A stretch of DNA of 64,000 nucleotides from an uncultured virus (IMG/VR IMGVR_UViG_2875455138_000005) (lineage: Duplodnaviria; Heunggongvirae; Uroviricota; Caudoviricetes). Position numbers and translations under genes: made by a program. The stretch is taken from IMG/VR virus record IMGVR_UViG_2875455138_000005, positions 1 through 64,000 of that record, one strand, 5' to 3'. Positions 39,202 to 49,468 of the stretch are shown piece by piece. The notes beneath the pieces were generated by a model. The model saw only the letters and a program-made list of their open reading frames with translations. It searched no databases and was not told the DNA's origin. Within the stretch, counting starts at the first letter, position 1. Every line of letters starts with the position of its first letter.

Positions 39202-39618
39202 TCAAAGCTCTTTACCATCAGGTGTTTTCCTTAACCGGTTCGCAATGTACTTCATTACGTTTACTGCAATCGACACTAATGCAATAATCAATGCTATTTC
39301 AAATAAGAGGATGTATCCAAAATTCACATTAAGCTTTTCAAAGTAATCGCTGGTAATAGAGAGGATTTTATAAATCCCTAGCATAAAAATAATAAAGGAA
39401 ACTCCTAAAATTACAAGTGACTTTTTAGAATAATCTTTAGCGTGTTCAAAATTATAAATCATTATTGATAAAAATAACAAACCCGTAGCAATTTTGTGGG
39501 ATAACGAATCATCGGCCGAAAATGATTGCACTACTATGCTGATGATTAATCCAGTAATACCGATTGTTTTATTCAAGGAATCACCCACTCGTATGTAAGT
39601 TAGGTATGAGTTTACCAA
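39202..39618 (-). CDS. Four-TM membrane protein (YoqO-like)
   Basis: Four hydrophobic helices; opposite strand to its neighbours. Confidence 0.65.
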   Translation of the reverse strand: MVNSYLTYIRVGDSLNKTIGITGLIISIVVQSFSADDSLSHKIATGLLFLSIMIYNFEHAKDYSKKSLVILGVSFIIFMLGIYKILSITSDYFEKLNVNFGYILLFEIALIIALVSIAVNVMKYIANRLRKTPDGKEL

Positions 39619-39664
39619 TTAAAGGGGATTTTCTCAAGATGATACACATTAAAGTTAAATTAAA

Positions 39665-39856
39665 ATGCTTTCACAAGAAAGGGGTGGAAACATGCTTGGT
39701 TATCAGAAAGGGAAGCAAGTAAGGTGGCATGAAGATGGGGAGATGGGAATTATATTGTGGACGACAAATCGAGGTTCTGTGGGAGTTAAATGGAGCTCGG
39801 GTGAATACAGTGAATACAATTATAAAGTTGATGAGTTACTAATATTAACAGATTAG
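39665..39856 (+). CDS. Small hypothetical protein
   Basis: AAGGGGTG RBS before MLGYQKG. Confidence 0.5.
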   Translation: MLSQERGGNMLGYQKGKQVRWHEDGEMGIILWTTNRGSVGVKWSSGEYSEYNYKVDELLILTD

Positions 39857-39941
39857 TATTTTACCCAAAAGTGAACGCATGACAGCAAGAAAAAGGTTTA
39901 GTCTAAATGAAATCGTGATTTTAAACAGATAGGAGGAAACG

Positions 39942-40211
39942 ATGAATCAAGATATTCAGTTTTTAAAAGAACTTCAGCAAGAGTTGAAAAATCAAGACAA
40001 CGACGGTCAAGCTGCACCACGTTTCTGGACAGTTGGTGATTATGAATGGGTCGAAGCTCGAGAGGAAAATGCAGAACGGTATTCTGTATACCTGCCATAT
40101 ATTGCAGAAGCTCATACTTACGCAATGACAGCTTGGAGGGCACCGAAAGTAGAGCGGCTGCTTAAAATTCTCGAAACGTTTGATTGGAGTTCAATAACGA
40201 TATCTAAATAA
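39942..40211 (+). CDS. Hypothetical phage protein
   Basis: AGGAGG RBS; FLKELQQELKNQDNDGQAAPRFW. Confidence 0.65.
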   Translation: MNQDIQFLKELQQELKNQDNDGQAAPRFWTVGDYEWVEAREENAERYSVYLPYIAEAHTYAMTAWRAPKVERLLKILETFDWSSITISK

Positions 40212-40290
40212 AAGATAGTTTTCAACTAAACATATAAGGATGGATCGTTATCGAAATTATAAAAATCCGATAACGATCGCAGAAGGGGTG

Positions 40291-40437
40291 TTAATCTCTA
40301 TAACGCCTTCTTTCCTCAAAGTCATCGGGATACTCATTCTGCTTTGACTTGAATACAAACCAAATTATAGCAGCTAGCATGTAATCCATGACTTTTTCAA
40401 AAGTCCAATTTGTGAAAAGATCCATAAGAATTTTCAT
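40291..40437 (-). CDS. 48-aa single-TM peptide
   Basis: AGGAGG RBS; MKILMDLFTNWTFEKVMDYMLAAIIWFVF plus charged tail. Confidence 0.55.
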   Translation of the reverse strand: MKILMDLFTNWTFEKVMDYMLAAIIWFVFKSKQNEYPDDFEERRRYRD

Positions 40438-40579
40438 TGCCTTTCGCCTCCTGAGACAAAAATGTCCTATCTCTCTTAGATGGCATGTGTATGACACGCA
40501 TCTATTAATAAAAGAGTGAAAAGCAATACGAAAATCAAAAAAGAATTGAAAAAACATAAAAAATATAGAGGTGGAGTAA

Positions 40580-41416
40580 ATGGCAGAAACTAAGGCGAAC
40601 ACAAATACAAAGATTCACGTATTGGTTGATGAAAAACTAGGTGGCACCAAGCGGGAATACATTGAGGTCGATAGGAAGGCGGAGGTCGGGGAGAATATCA
40701 TAATCGTTGAAAAAGTGGATTTCGAAGAATGGTACGAAATCGGCGATATTTTTACGGTAGACCGTACTTACCACACAGCGGATGGAGCCGTGTATTGCGA
40801 CGACGCATCATCCGTTAATAATACTTACGGACTTATCCATCTCTCAGAATACCGGGTACTCGAACCGACCGACATCATCCACATTAATGGAATGCGTTAT
40901 GAAATGGTTGATCGCAAGGCGGAAGCGGGCGAAAAGGTTATTCATGTTTATAAAGGAGAGTCGAATGGCATTGTCCGAATTGTCCGCAAAGCCGGCGATG
41001 ATGGAGTAGATGTTGATACATACGAAGATGAGGGAGAATTATATAGCGGCTTTTATCATGGACATTATTACGTTCTCGTCCCTCTAGATAAAGAGAAGAC
41101 CTTTGAAAATAAAAATAGTGTATACAAAGAAGTCAAAAACTACATACATAATGAATTAGGTATTTCAAAGCAAGACGTACAAGAAATGATTAGTATAGCG
41201 GTTTCTAATGAAGTTCAGAAGATGTCAGAGTCAGGAAAACTGGATAGATTTGCGGGAGAAAAGATTGAATCACTTATTGAAGAAGGGTTTAGAAATGGAG
41301 ATCGACTGCTGTATGGATTTAAAGAAAGGGTGTCACAAACAGTTTCCGATGAGGTGGGTAAACGGATTGCAAACGTGTTAAATATTAATGTGGAATTAAA
41401 GGAGGAAAAGAATTGA
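40580..41416 (+). CDS. Hypothetical protein with an internal domain duplication
   Basis: EVDRKAEVGE...YRVLEP and MVDRKAEAGE...YYVLVP repeats. Confidence 0.7.
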   Translation: MAETKANTNTKIHVLVDEKLGGTKREYIEVDRKAEVGENIIIVEKVDFEEWYEIGDIFTVDRTYHTADGAVYCDDASSVNNTYGLIHLSEYRVLEPTDIIHINGMRYEMVDRKAEAGEKVIHVYKGESNGIVRIVRKAGDDGVDVDTYEDEGELYSGFYHGHYYVLVPLDKEKTFENKNSVYKEVKNYIHNELGISKQDVQEMISIAVSNEVQKMSESGKLDRFAGEKIESLIEEGFRNGDRLLYGFKERVSQTVSDEVGKRIANVLNINVELKEEKN

Positions 41417-41581
41417 TCAAGAACGAACGAGAAGATTATTTAAGCAGGCTTGCTGAATACGGATTAACAGAAGAAGAGGAAGAGGAAATGGCCAATATTT
41501 TAAATGATTTTGTGGGCTATGATATTTGGTGATCATATTAGAATCAAAATAAAATAGTTATTTTATAGAAAGAGGGGAAGA

Positions 41582-41995
41582 GTGCAGATGGCATCAGAAG
41601 AGCAATTGAGACGAATGAACGACATAAACGATTTGATCAAGCTTATCGCAAGCATTGATCATCGTACATTCTACCGCAAGTCAAAGGATCGCATAGCGTA
41701 TTTCAGATTTAAGAAAAAACTGTTCTTCGTTGATGATTACACAGGGGATGACGTTTACCCATATGAAATGGGATACGGTAGTCCAAACGGTTTTTCGCAT
41801 GGGGGCAACATGTGGCAGCTGGTCAACAGCTTCAGAAAATTCATCATAACAGGGAAATACGGTGAACTGAGGGATTATAAAGAAATATGGGCTTACAGCT
41901 ATGAAGGATGTATGAAAATCCGTCAGAAGGCGAAGGAGATCGGTTTCATTGAAAGTGTTGATTACCCCTATAGTTTTGATGAATGGGCAAGTTAA
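41582..41995 (+). CDS. yoqU: Hypothetical protein
   Basis: 137 aa, GFSHGG motif; convergent with ligB. Confidence 0.6.
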   Translation: MQMASEEQLRRMNDINDLIKLIASIDHRTFYRKSKDRIAYFRFKKKLFFVDDYTGDDVYPYEMGYGSPNGFSHGGNMWQLVNSFRKFIITGKYGELRDYKEIWAYSYEGCMKIRQKAKEIGFIESVDYPYSFDEWAS

Positions 41996-42069
41996 AACTA
42001 ATTGATTCATGTACTAAATTTTCATCAAAATTAATTAGCTTTGCATTAAGGAATTATGTAACGGAGAGA

Positions 42070-42882
42070 TTAGACTCTCCAGGATTCAAAGGAAGGTATG
42101 CGGAGTTTGCCATGCTTAGTCTTAAATCTGTGTTTAACCTTACATAATATCGGTTCTACAAATATATATTCATCAGATTCAGACTTTATATGTTTCATAG
42201 AGTGGAACTTACTTCGTTCTGCTTTCGGCATGAATTCCATAAATCCAGCTGCAGTACCATCAGGATAAGAGAGAAGGAACTTTATATCCTCTTTGGTGTA
42301 GCCTGTGATAAGCACATCTGTGTAATCATAGTTAATCACTTTCAGCCAGCTATGGGAACGTTTATTGATTTCATAAGGGGAGTTAGCTTTCTTTAGTACG
42401 ATTCCTTCAAGACTCTTTTCTTTGGCTAGATTAAAGTAAGCTAATCCGTTTCCTTGCAGGCCTTCAATAACAAAGACATTATTATGATCAAGCTTAAGGT
42501 CTAAAAGGACGTTTTTACGTTCAGTGAGCGGCTTATTAGCGATTGAATGCCCATCAATATAAATTACATCGAATACACAGTAAACCACCTTATGGGCTGA
42601 TTTCTTAGACATAAAGCGTTCCATCACAGCTTCGAAATCTGGAGCGCCTCCTGGGGTAGCAACAATGATTTCACCATCTATAACAGTTCCGTTGGGGATA
42701 TCGAGATCCAACAGTTCTGGGAACTTGCTTGTTACTTCATTGTTGTGACGAGTGTAAAGCTTTATCTGATCATTAAACTTGGAGAGGATCAGTCTAATTC
42801 CATCAAACTTCAGCTCGGTAATATAACCATCGTCATCAAATGGCTCTTTGATTGAATGCAATAACATTGGCGATACAAACAA
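42070..42882 (-). CDS. ligB: ATP-dependent DNA ligase
   Basis: ELKFDG, IDGEI, VFDV, EGIVLK, WLK ligase motifs; 270 aa. Confidence 0.93.
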   Translation of the reverse strand: MFVSPMLLHSIKEPFDDDGYITELKFDGIRLILSKFNDQIKLYTRHNNEVTSKFPELLDLDIPNGTVIDGEIIVATPGGAPDFEAVMERFMSKKSAHKVVYCVFDVIYIDGHSIANKPLTERKNVLLDLKLDHNNVFVIEGLQGNGLAYFNLAKEKSLEGIVLKKANSPYEINKRSHSWLKVINYDYTDVLITGYTKEDIKFLLSYPDGTAAGFMEFMPKAERSKFHSMKHIKSESDEYIFVEPILCKVKHRFKTKHGKLRIPSFESWRV

Positions 42883-42951
42883 TATATCACCTCCTACTTA
42901 GAACATAATAGCTAAGCGAAGGTGATATATAAAGCAAAATGACTGTGGTAA

Positions 42952-43626
42952 TTAATGGGATTCAATGAGCTCCGGTGAGTTGTTTTTAGGTGAGTTAACT
43001 AAGGATGAAACTTGATAAGCTTCCATGTCATTAGAGTTGTACGGCAACAGTAAGCTTTGAAGATAATCAGGGTCAGTGTTTTTAGGATTTAGCCATTCCT
43101 TTTCATTCTCATCTGTAAGGATAACTGGCATCCGATCATGAATGTCTTCCATAAGCTCATTAGGCTTTGTTGTGATGATTGTGCAAGTATACAGCGGATT
43201 TCCTTCTGACGTGTTCCACTTTTCATATAAGCCGGCAAAAGCAAAGAGATTGGAGGATTTGAGCTTAATACGCATAGGAATCTTAGTCTTTGGATCAAGA
43301 CGCTTCCATTCATAAAAACTGTCAGCTGGGATGATACAACGTTTGCTTACGAGTGGCTTTCGAAAGCTGGGTTTCTCGGCCAATGTTTCAGCACGAGCAT
43401 TAATCATTTTATACCCGATCTTTTCATCCTTAGCCCAAGGAGGTATAAGACCCCATCTAAGTTTGCCCAGACGATTATTTGATCCATCATTAATGATTGT
43501 CAGGATGTTTTGTGATGGAGCGACATTATAGCTTGGGTTGTATTCGTCTTCAGACAAAAATTGGTCTATATTGAACTGTTCGATGATGTCGTCAAACTCA
43601 GAAAATAAAGTGAACCTGCCACACAT
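42952..43626 (-). CDS. yoqW: SRAP (SOS response-associated peptidase/HMCES-like) protein
   Basis: MCGRF N-terminus, NARAET, FYEW, HDRMP. Confidence 0.95.
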   Translation of the reverse strand: MCGRFTLFSEFDDIIEQFNIDQFLSEDEYNPSYNVAPSQNILTIINDGSNNRLGKLRWGLIPPWAKDEKIGYKMINARAETLAEKPSFRKPLVSKRCIIPADSFYEWKRLDPKTKIPMRIKLKSSNLFAFAGLYEKWNTSEGNPLYTCTIITTKPNELMEDIHDRMPVILTDENEKEWLNPKNTDPDYLQSLLLPYNSNDMEAYQVSSLVNSPKNNSPELIESH

Positions 43627-43696
43627 GTTCATCATCCTTTAGGGTTTTTGAATATTGTACAGGCTTGATACACGAAAATCAAAAAGGAGGAATGTG

Positions 43697-43918
43697 ATGA
43701 AGCAGCAAACAGTTGAGGTTAAAGAAGTGGATGTGTTAATTAGAGGGATATGGACAAAGAAGAAGTTCACTGATATTCAAAAGGGGCAAACCTTTAAGAT
43801 TAAGGAGAATGGAAGAGCAAAGAAATACATAGCAAGAACAGATCCTTATTGGGATGACATGTATGAGACTTACATAATTGATTTATTGGATAAAAATAAA
43901 ATAAGTGTATTAGGGTGA
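43697..43918 (+). CDS. yoqX: Hypothetical protein
   Basis: AAGGAGG RBS; 73 aa; divergent from yoqW. Confidence 0.55.
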   Translation: MKQQTVEVKEVDVLIRGIWTKKKFTDIQKGQTFKIKENGRAKKYIARTDPYWDDMYETYIIDLLDKNKISVLG

Positions 43919-44244
43919 TGTTTCTGAATTTATTGAGAGATGCACGGATATTAAGAAGAGAACTTTTCCTTGGAGCTTTAGCGTTAGTAGGTATGAACTT
44001 GTTCGTATATTTTCTATTTGGTGGTTTAACTGCCATAGACAATCAGAGGATAATAACACGAAGAATTGGAATGTTTGTTGTAAGCATTGGAATACCATGT
44101 TCTTTTATTCTAAAGTACTTGATCGTTTGGAGACCGTTAATCCGTAAGGTAATGGAAGAGTTAAAGGAAGAAGATCAGAATGAACGTACACTCAAGAAAT
44201 ATGAATTTCTAAGAAAGAAATTTGATAAAACAGAGATTTTATAA
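43915..44244 (+). CDS. Two-TM membrane protein
   Basis: Two hydrophobic segments. Confidence 0.6.
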   Translation: MMFLNLLRDARILRRELFLGALALVGMNLFVYFLFGGLTAIDNQRIITRRIGMFVVSIGIPCSFILKYLIVWRPLIRKVMEELKEEDQNERTLKKYEFLRKKFDKTEIL

Positions 44245-44275
44245 AGAAAAAATAAAATAAAATGGAGGCTGCACA

Positions 44276-44728
44276 ATGAGGGAAATTAAGTTTCGAGGAA
44301 TGGGCATCAATGAAGAATGGTATTACGGTAATCTATCAATCATTAAGCAAAGAATCAAGAGCATGGGTATTGATCCTGGTTCTTATATCTCTAATAAAGC
44401 TGGGGTTCCATTTGCTTACAGTGTCAGGCCGGAAACAGTTGGGCAATATACTGGATTAAAAGATAAAAATGGTCTAGAGATTTACGAAGGAGACATTTTA
44501 GAAAAAACTTCTGAGTTATACACCAATTTTGGGAAAACACCTACAGGAAAGTTCCATACTTCATACATTAAAGTGATTTGGATTGACGATTGTTGGGGAT
44601 ATGAGGTTATCGAAAATAACGGTAAAGGCCCAATCATTGGGCATAAATGGAAAGGGTTAAAGGTGACTGCAAGATATTCAGTAGTGTACGGCAATATTTA
44701 TGAAACTCCTGAGCTAGAGTCTAAATAA
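44276..44728 (+). CDS. YopX-family protein
   Basis: MREIKFRG...GQYTGLKDKNGLEIYEGDIL...GNIYE. Confidence 0.88.
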   Translation: MREIKFRGMGINEEWYYGNLSIIKQRIKSMGIDPGSYISNKAGVPFAYSVRPETVGQYTGLKDKNGLEIYEGDILEKTSELYTNFGKTPTGKFHTSYIKVIWIDDCWGYEVIENNGKGPIIGHKWKGLKVTARYSVVYGNIYETPELESK

Positions 44729-44784
44729 AAACGATATTTTATAGAGGAATGGAGTGAAGCAATATAGATAGAACAAATCGTACT

Positions 44785-45021
44785 TTGATAGAGCTTGAAT
44801 TAATGATTGAAGACGGAACAGTTCCCAAAAGATTGATTAATCAAGTAAAACAGTTTATTCATAGTGTAAAAGCACAAGAAATAAACATTGCCGACCTAAG
44901 ACATTCCTCAGCGAGAAAACAACATGGAGATGAGTTCATAACTTTATTGGAAAAAGCTAATCATCAGCAATATTTTAAATACTATGGTGTAGTATGCGAT
45001 AAATTTAAAACAAAATTTTGA
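44785..45021 (+). CDS. Hypothetical protein
   Basis: ORF; start uncertain. Confidence 0.45.
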   Translation: MIELELMIEDGTVPKRLINQVKQFIHSVKAQEINIADLRHSSARKQHGDEFITLLEKANHQQYFKYYGVVCDKFKTKF

Positions 45022-45051
45022 GATTGCGTGCGTTAAAAGTGATTTTTAACT

Positions 45052-45240
45052 TAAAAGGAGGTGATTGAGATGTAATTTATTTCAGCTATCTGAAGTTTAT
45101 AAGAATAAAAATAAAAGGAGGTGATTGAGATGTAATTTATTTCAGCTATCTGAAGTTTATAAGAATAAAAATAAAAGGAGGTGATTGAGATGTAATTTAT
45201 TTCAGCTATCTGAAGTTTATAAGAATAAAAATAAAAGGAG
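45052..45240 (+). repeat. Perfect 60-bp tandem repeat, about 3.1 copies
   Basis: Sequence lines 45061, 45121 and 45181 are identical. Confidence 0.97.
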
Positions 45241-45251
45241 TGTTTATTTAA

Positions 45252-46073
45252 TTGAAGATTAAAAACAGAATAGTGGAATTGCTAAAAAAGACTAAAGGAG
45301 CAGAGAAGAGAGACTTTGGACGGTACACTCTAATCTGCCCACCTCACCGCGAAGTGAAGCTATTAAAGTATAACATAGTTAAGAAGACTTTTCCATTCTT
45401 GGTGACAGCTCTGGTCTCATTCCTGAATCCAGTGAGTATTTTAGCAGCGGACAAGTATCGGAACTTTGAAGAGCTTAAAGCGAATGAATCACCGTTCAAT
45501 TTTAGCGTATTTTCAAAAGAGCAAGACTCTGATGTATTAATTCTTGCTCCCCATGGAGGTGGTATAGAAGGGGGAACAAGCGAGCTTGCAAAGGAATTAA
45601 GCGAAACATACTCTACATATCTTTTTGAAGCTTTAAAGACACCAGGAGCATTTGATTTACATTTAACCAGTACAAATTTCGATGAACCTCAAGCACTTGA
45701 AATGTTGAAGGAGCATGAGTTCACACTGTCACTTCACGGCTACGCAAGTAATGATCAACATGTTTTAGTTGGCGGCACAGATCGGAATAAAGCTGAAGCG
45801 ATAACAATCACATTAAATAATGCCGGCTACTCTGCAGAGCTTCTTGATGAGGGGGCAAGGTTATCTGGCAGCAGTCCGAACAATGTTGCGAATAAAAATA
45901 AAACAGGAAAGAGCATTCAACTTGAGTTAAGCACTGGACTGCGCAAATCAATGTTTAACACCTTTTCTCTAAAAGGACGCTCAGGCACCAGAAATGAGAA
46001 CTTTTATAACTTCATTGACACTCTGTCACGGTTTATCAATGGAAATGTAGAAGGGAAGGGTTTGGCAACATGA
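45252..46073 (+). CDS. yoqZ: Poly-gamma-glutamate hydrolase (DUF867/PghP family)
   Basis: APHGGGIEGGTSELA, HLTSTNFDEP, SLHG, QLELS. Confidence 0.92.
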   Translation: MKIKNRIVELLKKTKGAEKRDFGRYTLICPPHREVKLLKYNIVKKTFPFLVTALVSFLNPVSILAADKYRNFEELKANESPFNFSVFSKEQDSDVLILAPHGGGIEGGTSELAKELSETYSTYLFEALKTPGAFDLHLTSTNFDEPQALEMLKEHEFTLSLHGYASNDQHVLVGGTDRNKAEAITITLNNAGYSAELLDEGARLSGSSPNNVANKNKTGKSIQLELSTGLRKSMFNTFSLKGRSGTRNENFYNFIDTLSRFINGNVEGKGLAT

Positions 46074-47812
46074 ACATGCAGCAGCCCTTATACTATTCTG
46101 TTGATGCTCTGGATTGGGGAATTGATGATAAAGGGTCAAATGCTATTGAAACGACAGAAGGGATAAACCGAGCTTTAAAGTACGCAAGCTCAAAATCATT
46201 CTATAAAGTACATATACCAAAAGGTACCTATCTAATTGATGCTGTGAATACATCAAGGCGGTTGCCTGAATTCGGCGGAGGTATTAATATTCCTTCGAAT
46301 ATTGAGTTAATACTTCATCCAGAGGCTGTTTTTAAAGTGTTGCCTAATGATTCTCAAGGCTACTCCTGTTTTTATATTGGCCAAGCGAGCAATGTAACGA
46401 TTCGTGGCGGTCAAATTATAGGGGATCGATACGAGCATGATTATTCAAAAGTAACTTCAATTAAAAGGACACATGAATGGGGATACGGAATTCATATTCA
46501 TGGCAGCAGTAATGTGTTAATTGAAAATGTGCAAGTCTCTGACTGTATTGGAGATAACATTTGGATAGCAGCCGATGGGATGATGAACACTTCAGGAGCG
46601 TATACGCCTTCAAAGAATGTAACCGTTCGAAAGTGTACTCTTTTAAGAGGGAGAAGAAATAATCTGGCTACCAATGGTTGTGAAGGTCTTCTTGTAGACG
46701 ACTGTGATATAGAGGAAGCTGGGGGAGATACCATTGGGCCACAATTAGGAATTGATTTAGAGGGTTTTGGAGAAAACGGAATTAAGTATGATCACCCATA
46801 CAAATTAACTGTACGAAACTGCAGGTTTAAAAATAATGGGCGTGGATCCGTTACAGCCCACACAAGCGGTGAAGTAAATCTTGAGGGAAACTACAGTGAC
46901 AATGTTATCTCTTATGGATTCAGCACTGATGTCAGTGTTAAGGACAACAAGATTATTAATAAGGGAAAATCCAAGAAATATGGAATTGACTCGGTGGGTG
47001 TTTCAAGCACGGAGTCAGGAAATAGAGTGCAAATCAGCGGTAACACTGTAAGAGGGTTTGAAATAGGCATTTGTGTAAGAGGTAAAGGGATTGATGTAAC
47101 GAACAATATACTTGAAAACATCGCGGCTTGTCCGATTGCAACACATGAAGCAGAAGATGTTTTTATTTCGAATAATCATATTGAAAACAGCGATTGTATA
47201 CAAGTTCAAGTGCGAAACTCAAAAGATGTGAGAGTTACAAATAATAAAGGGGGAAATACCACATCTGCTTATGCCATTAAAATCATGGATTCGAACCGTG
47301 TAAGCTTTGCAATTAATGAATTTGCAAATGTGCACGGGGGAATTTATTGTGAAAGGTCTCAATCAGTTCGTTTAAAGTTGAATGACCTATTCTTAAGCGG
47401 AAGTGGATACGGCATCTTTTGGGATAAGGATTCTGAAGTGTATTTCAACAGAAATGAAATTCATAATCCAAGAAATGTTGCAATCAAAGGTACATCCGAG
47501 AAATACAGCTGTCAGATCAGTGAGAATCAGATTTATTTCTGTAAGTCATTGATTGCTATCCACCTGACAGGTGGTTCAGAACACATGTTAAACAATAATG
47601 AGATCATGTTTAATCGTTCAACAGACCAGGGATATGGAGTGTATTTGGAGAATACGGACAAAGTACGGCTTGTAAGAAATGATGCGCGGGGAATTGGAGG
47701 TAAGCTATTATCTCACCCTTATTGCACAGATAAAGCAAAGAATACAACGTTAATTCATAACACATATGATAGTGGAACGCTGAAGACAGCAGAAGGAGAT
47801 GTTGTAGTCTAA
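46070..47812 (+). CDS. yorA: Right-handed beta-helix (pectin lyase-like) protein
   Basis: IPKGTYLI, HEWGYGI, GIDLE and repeated beta-helix units; synteny. Confidence 0.85.
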   Translation: MNMQQPLYYSVDALDWGIDDKGSNAIETTEGINRALKYASSKSFYKVHIPKGTYLIDAVNTSRRLPEFGGGINIPSNIELILHPEAVFKVLPNDSQGYSCFYIGQASNVTIRGGQIIGDRYEHDYSKVTSIKRTHEWGYGIHIHGSSNVLIENVQVSDCIGDNIWIAADGMMNTSGAYTPSKNVTVRKCTLLRGRRNNLATNGCEGLLVDDCDIEEAGGDTIGPQLGIDLEGFGENGIKYDHPYKLTVRNCRFKNNGRGSVTAHTSGEVNLEGNYSDNVISYGFSTDVSVKDNKIINKGKSKKYGIDSVGVSSTESGNRVQISGNTVRGFEIGICVRGKGIDVTNNILENIAACPIATHEAEDVFISNNHIENSDCIQVQVRNSKDVRVTNNKGGNTTSAYAIKIMDSNRVSFAINEFANVHGGIYCERSQSVRLKLNDLFLSGSGYGIFWDKDSEVYFNRNEIHNPRNVAIKGTSEKYSCQISENQIYFCKSLIAIHLTGGSEHMLNNNEIMFNRSTDQGYGVYLENTDKVRLVRNDARGIGGKLLSHPYCTDKAKNTTLIHNTYDSGTLKTAEGDVVV

Positions 47813-47850
47813 ATAAAATTGTAGTTTTAACAAGATTGGGAGATGGATAT

Positions 47851-48228
47851 ATGGCCAATATTTTAAGTAAAGAACAAGATGAAGCAATCCGGTATTTCAA
47901 GAACAAGCTAAACATATCGGAAAAACTGTACATATCCCTAATTAATTTTAATTTGCTTAGAGATAAACACGAAGACTTTGGCAATAGACTATATGAGCTT
48001 TATAAAACAGATCCTTATCTGTATATCAAAGCGCTCAAAGAAGGTTACGTGGTTGATCAGCCAATTGAATTTAATGAAGCAATTGTGCGGTTCTATGATG
48101 GTGAAGAACTTGCTGTAATTCATAAGACCACTGGGAAAAGATATAATGTAAATGTAAAAATGAAAAAGCTTCCTGACGGTTTTACGCTGCAGTCAATGAA
48201 TATGTGGTCATGGAGTGAGGTTGTTTAA
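47851..48228 (+). CDS. yorC: Hypothetical protein
   Basis: About 125 aa; synteny. Confidence 0.55.
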   Translation: MANILSKEQDEAIRYFKNKLNISEKLYISLINFNLLRDKHEDFGNRLYELYKTDPYLYIKALKEGYVVDQPIEFNEAIVRFYDGEELAVIHKTTGKRYNVNVKMKKLPDGFTLQSMNMWSWSEVV

Positions 48229-48299
48229 ATAAATTTAAACTGATATTGCTAGCAATTTTAGTTATAATGAAGTCACATGGTAATGTTTGGAGGGGTATT

Positions 48300-48950
48300 G
48301 TGTCAAAATCATATGTTCTATGGGGCTTCATTGTACTATTATTAGCTTGTTTTTCATTTTTATCAGATGTAATAACTGTAACAGGTTATAATTTCATCTA
48401 TTGGTTTCAGAATCAAATTCCTGAATCGGTAGTGATCATAGTATTGTTTTTTATTATTATTGGTTTAATTTATTGGGTTAAATCTATTTATAGGCAAAAC
48501 AACAAACTAAAAAGCAAAGCAAAAGAACTTGAAAACAAAGTTTTAGAACTTGAGGCAGAAAGATTGAGCAAGGCTGATAAAAGTTTGCTAGAAGAATTTT
48601 TACAAACGTTTAATGACAAATTATATAATTTTACTGAGATGTTAGTTCAGACTCGACAATTATCATTTAACCAAATGCAGAACTTGGAAAATGATGCCGT
48701 TCTTTTTGGATATCCTCATAAAAAGTTTGAAAACGAACGACTTGAGACCGCTAAAAGAATCCTTTTGGATAGACTGAACTCTTTTCTTGATTTTTATTCT
48801 ACACATACTATAAGCACTACTGCTCCAACAATCGTTAGATTTAAGCCAAAAACAGAAAAAGACGAAAAGGATTATCAAACAAAGCTAAAAGAGTTCTATG
48901 AGAGTTGGGAAACATTTATGAAAGTTGTTGGAAATGAAACACGTAAGTAG
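48300..48950 (+). CDS. Two-TM protein with coiled coil and C-terminal soluble domain
   Basis: Two N-terminal hydrophobic helices; GGAGGGG RBS. Confidence 0.65.
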   Translation: MSKSYVLWGFIVLLLACFSFLSDVITVTGYNFIYWFQNQIPESVVIIVLFFIIIGLIYWVKSIYRQNNKLKSKAKELENKVLELEAERLSKADKSLLEEFLQTFNDKLYNFTEMLVQTRQLSFNQMQNLENDAVLFGYPHKKFENERLETAKRILLDRLNSFLDFYSTHTISTTAPTIVRFKPKTEKDEKDYQTKLKEFYESWETFMKVVGNETRK

Positions 48951-49082
48951 GATCATATCAGCCAGTTAGTGCTGGCTGATATATAATTTTTTATTTTTAA
49001 GAATAAAAATAAAATAGTTATTGACCATTTTGTTTAGATGATGTAAGATTAAATTATCCCATAGAGAGAAAGGAGGAAAGAG

Positions 49083-49457
49083 ATGAAAAAGGAATTAAAG
49101 ATACTGAAAGTATCTGCTGAAGCTTTACATACCTACAAAAACGATGTCAAAAGGAATTACGACATTGATGAAGACCAAGCAAGGAGAAAATTAACCAGGA
49201 ATGTGATGTTGGTAAAGGAATTTAAACCACAAGGAATTAAAAGAGGTCTTTTTTCTAAAACATATTCATATGGAAACTTAAAGATCATAATCCGGCATGG
49301 AACAGTAATAAGGATTGAAAATGTAAAAGGTGATCCTGAACCTTGGGACTTTCCAAAAAAGAGATACATAGAATTAAACAAGCTACTTGGTATAAAGGAT
49401 TGTAAGTTTAGTAGCAAGTCTCATTATAGGCATTTTAAGGATAAAAATAAAATATAA
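49083..49457 (+). CDS. yorE: Basic hypothetical protein at the head of the replication operon
   Basis: AAGGAGG RBS; ARRKLTRNV; synteny. Confidence 0.6.
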   Translation: MKKELKILKVSAEALHTYKNDVKRNYDIDEDQARRKLTRNVMLVKEFKPQGIKRGLFSKTYSYGNLKIIIRHGTVIRIENVKGDPEPWDFPKKRYIELNKLLGIKDCKFSSKSHYRHFKDKNKI

Positions 49458-49468
49458 AAAAGAAAGAG

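Noticed and set aside
45052..45240. CRISPR array
   Set aside because: The units are fully identical with no unique spacers, and there is no cas operon.
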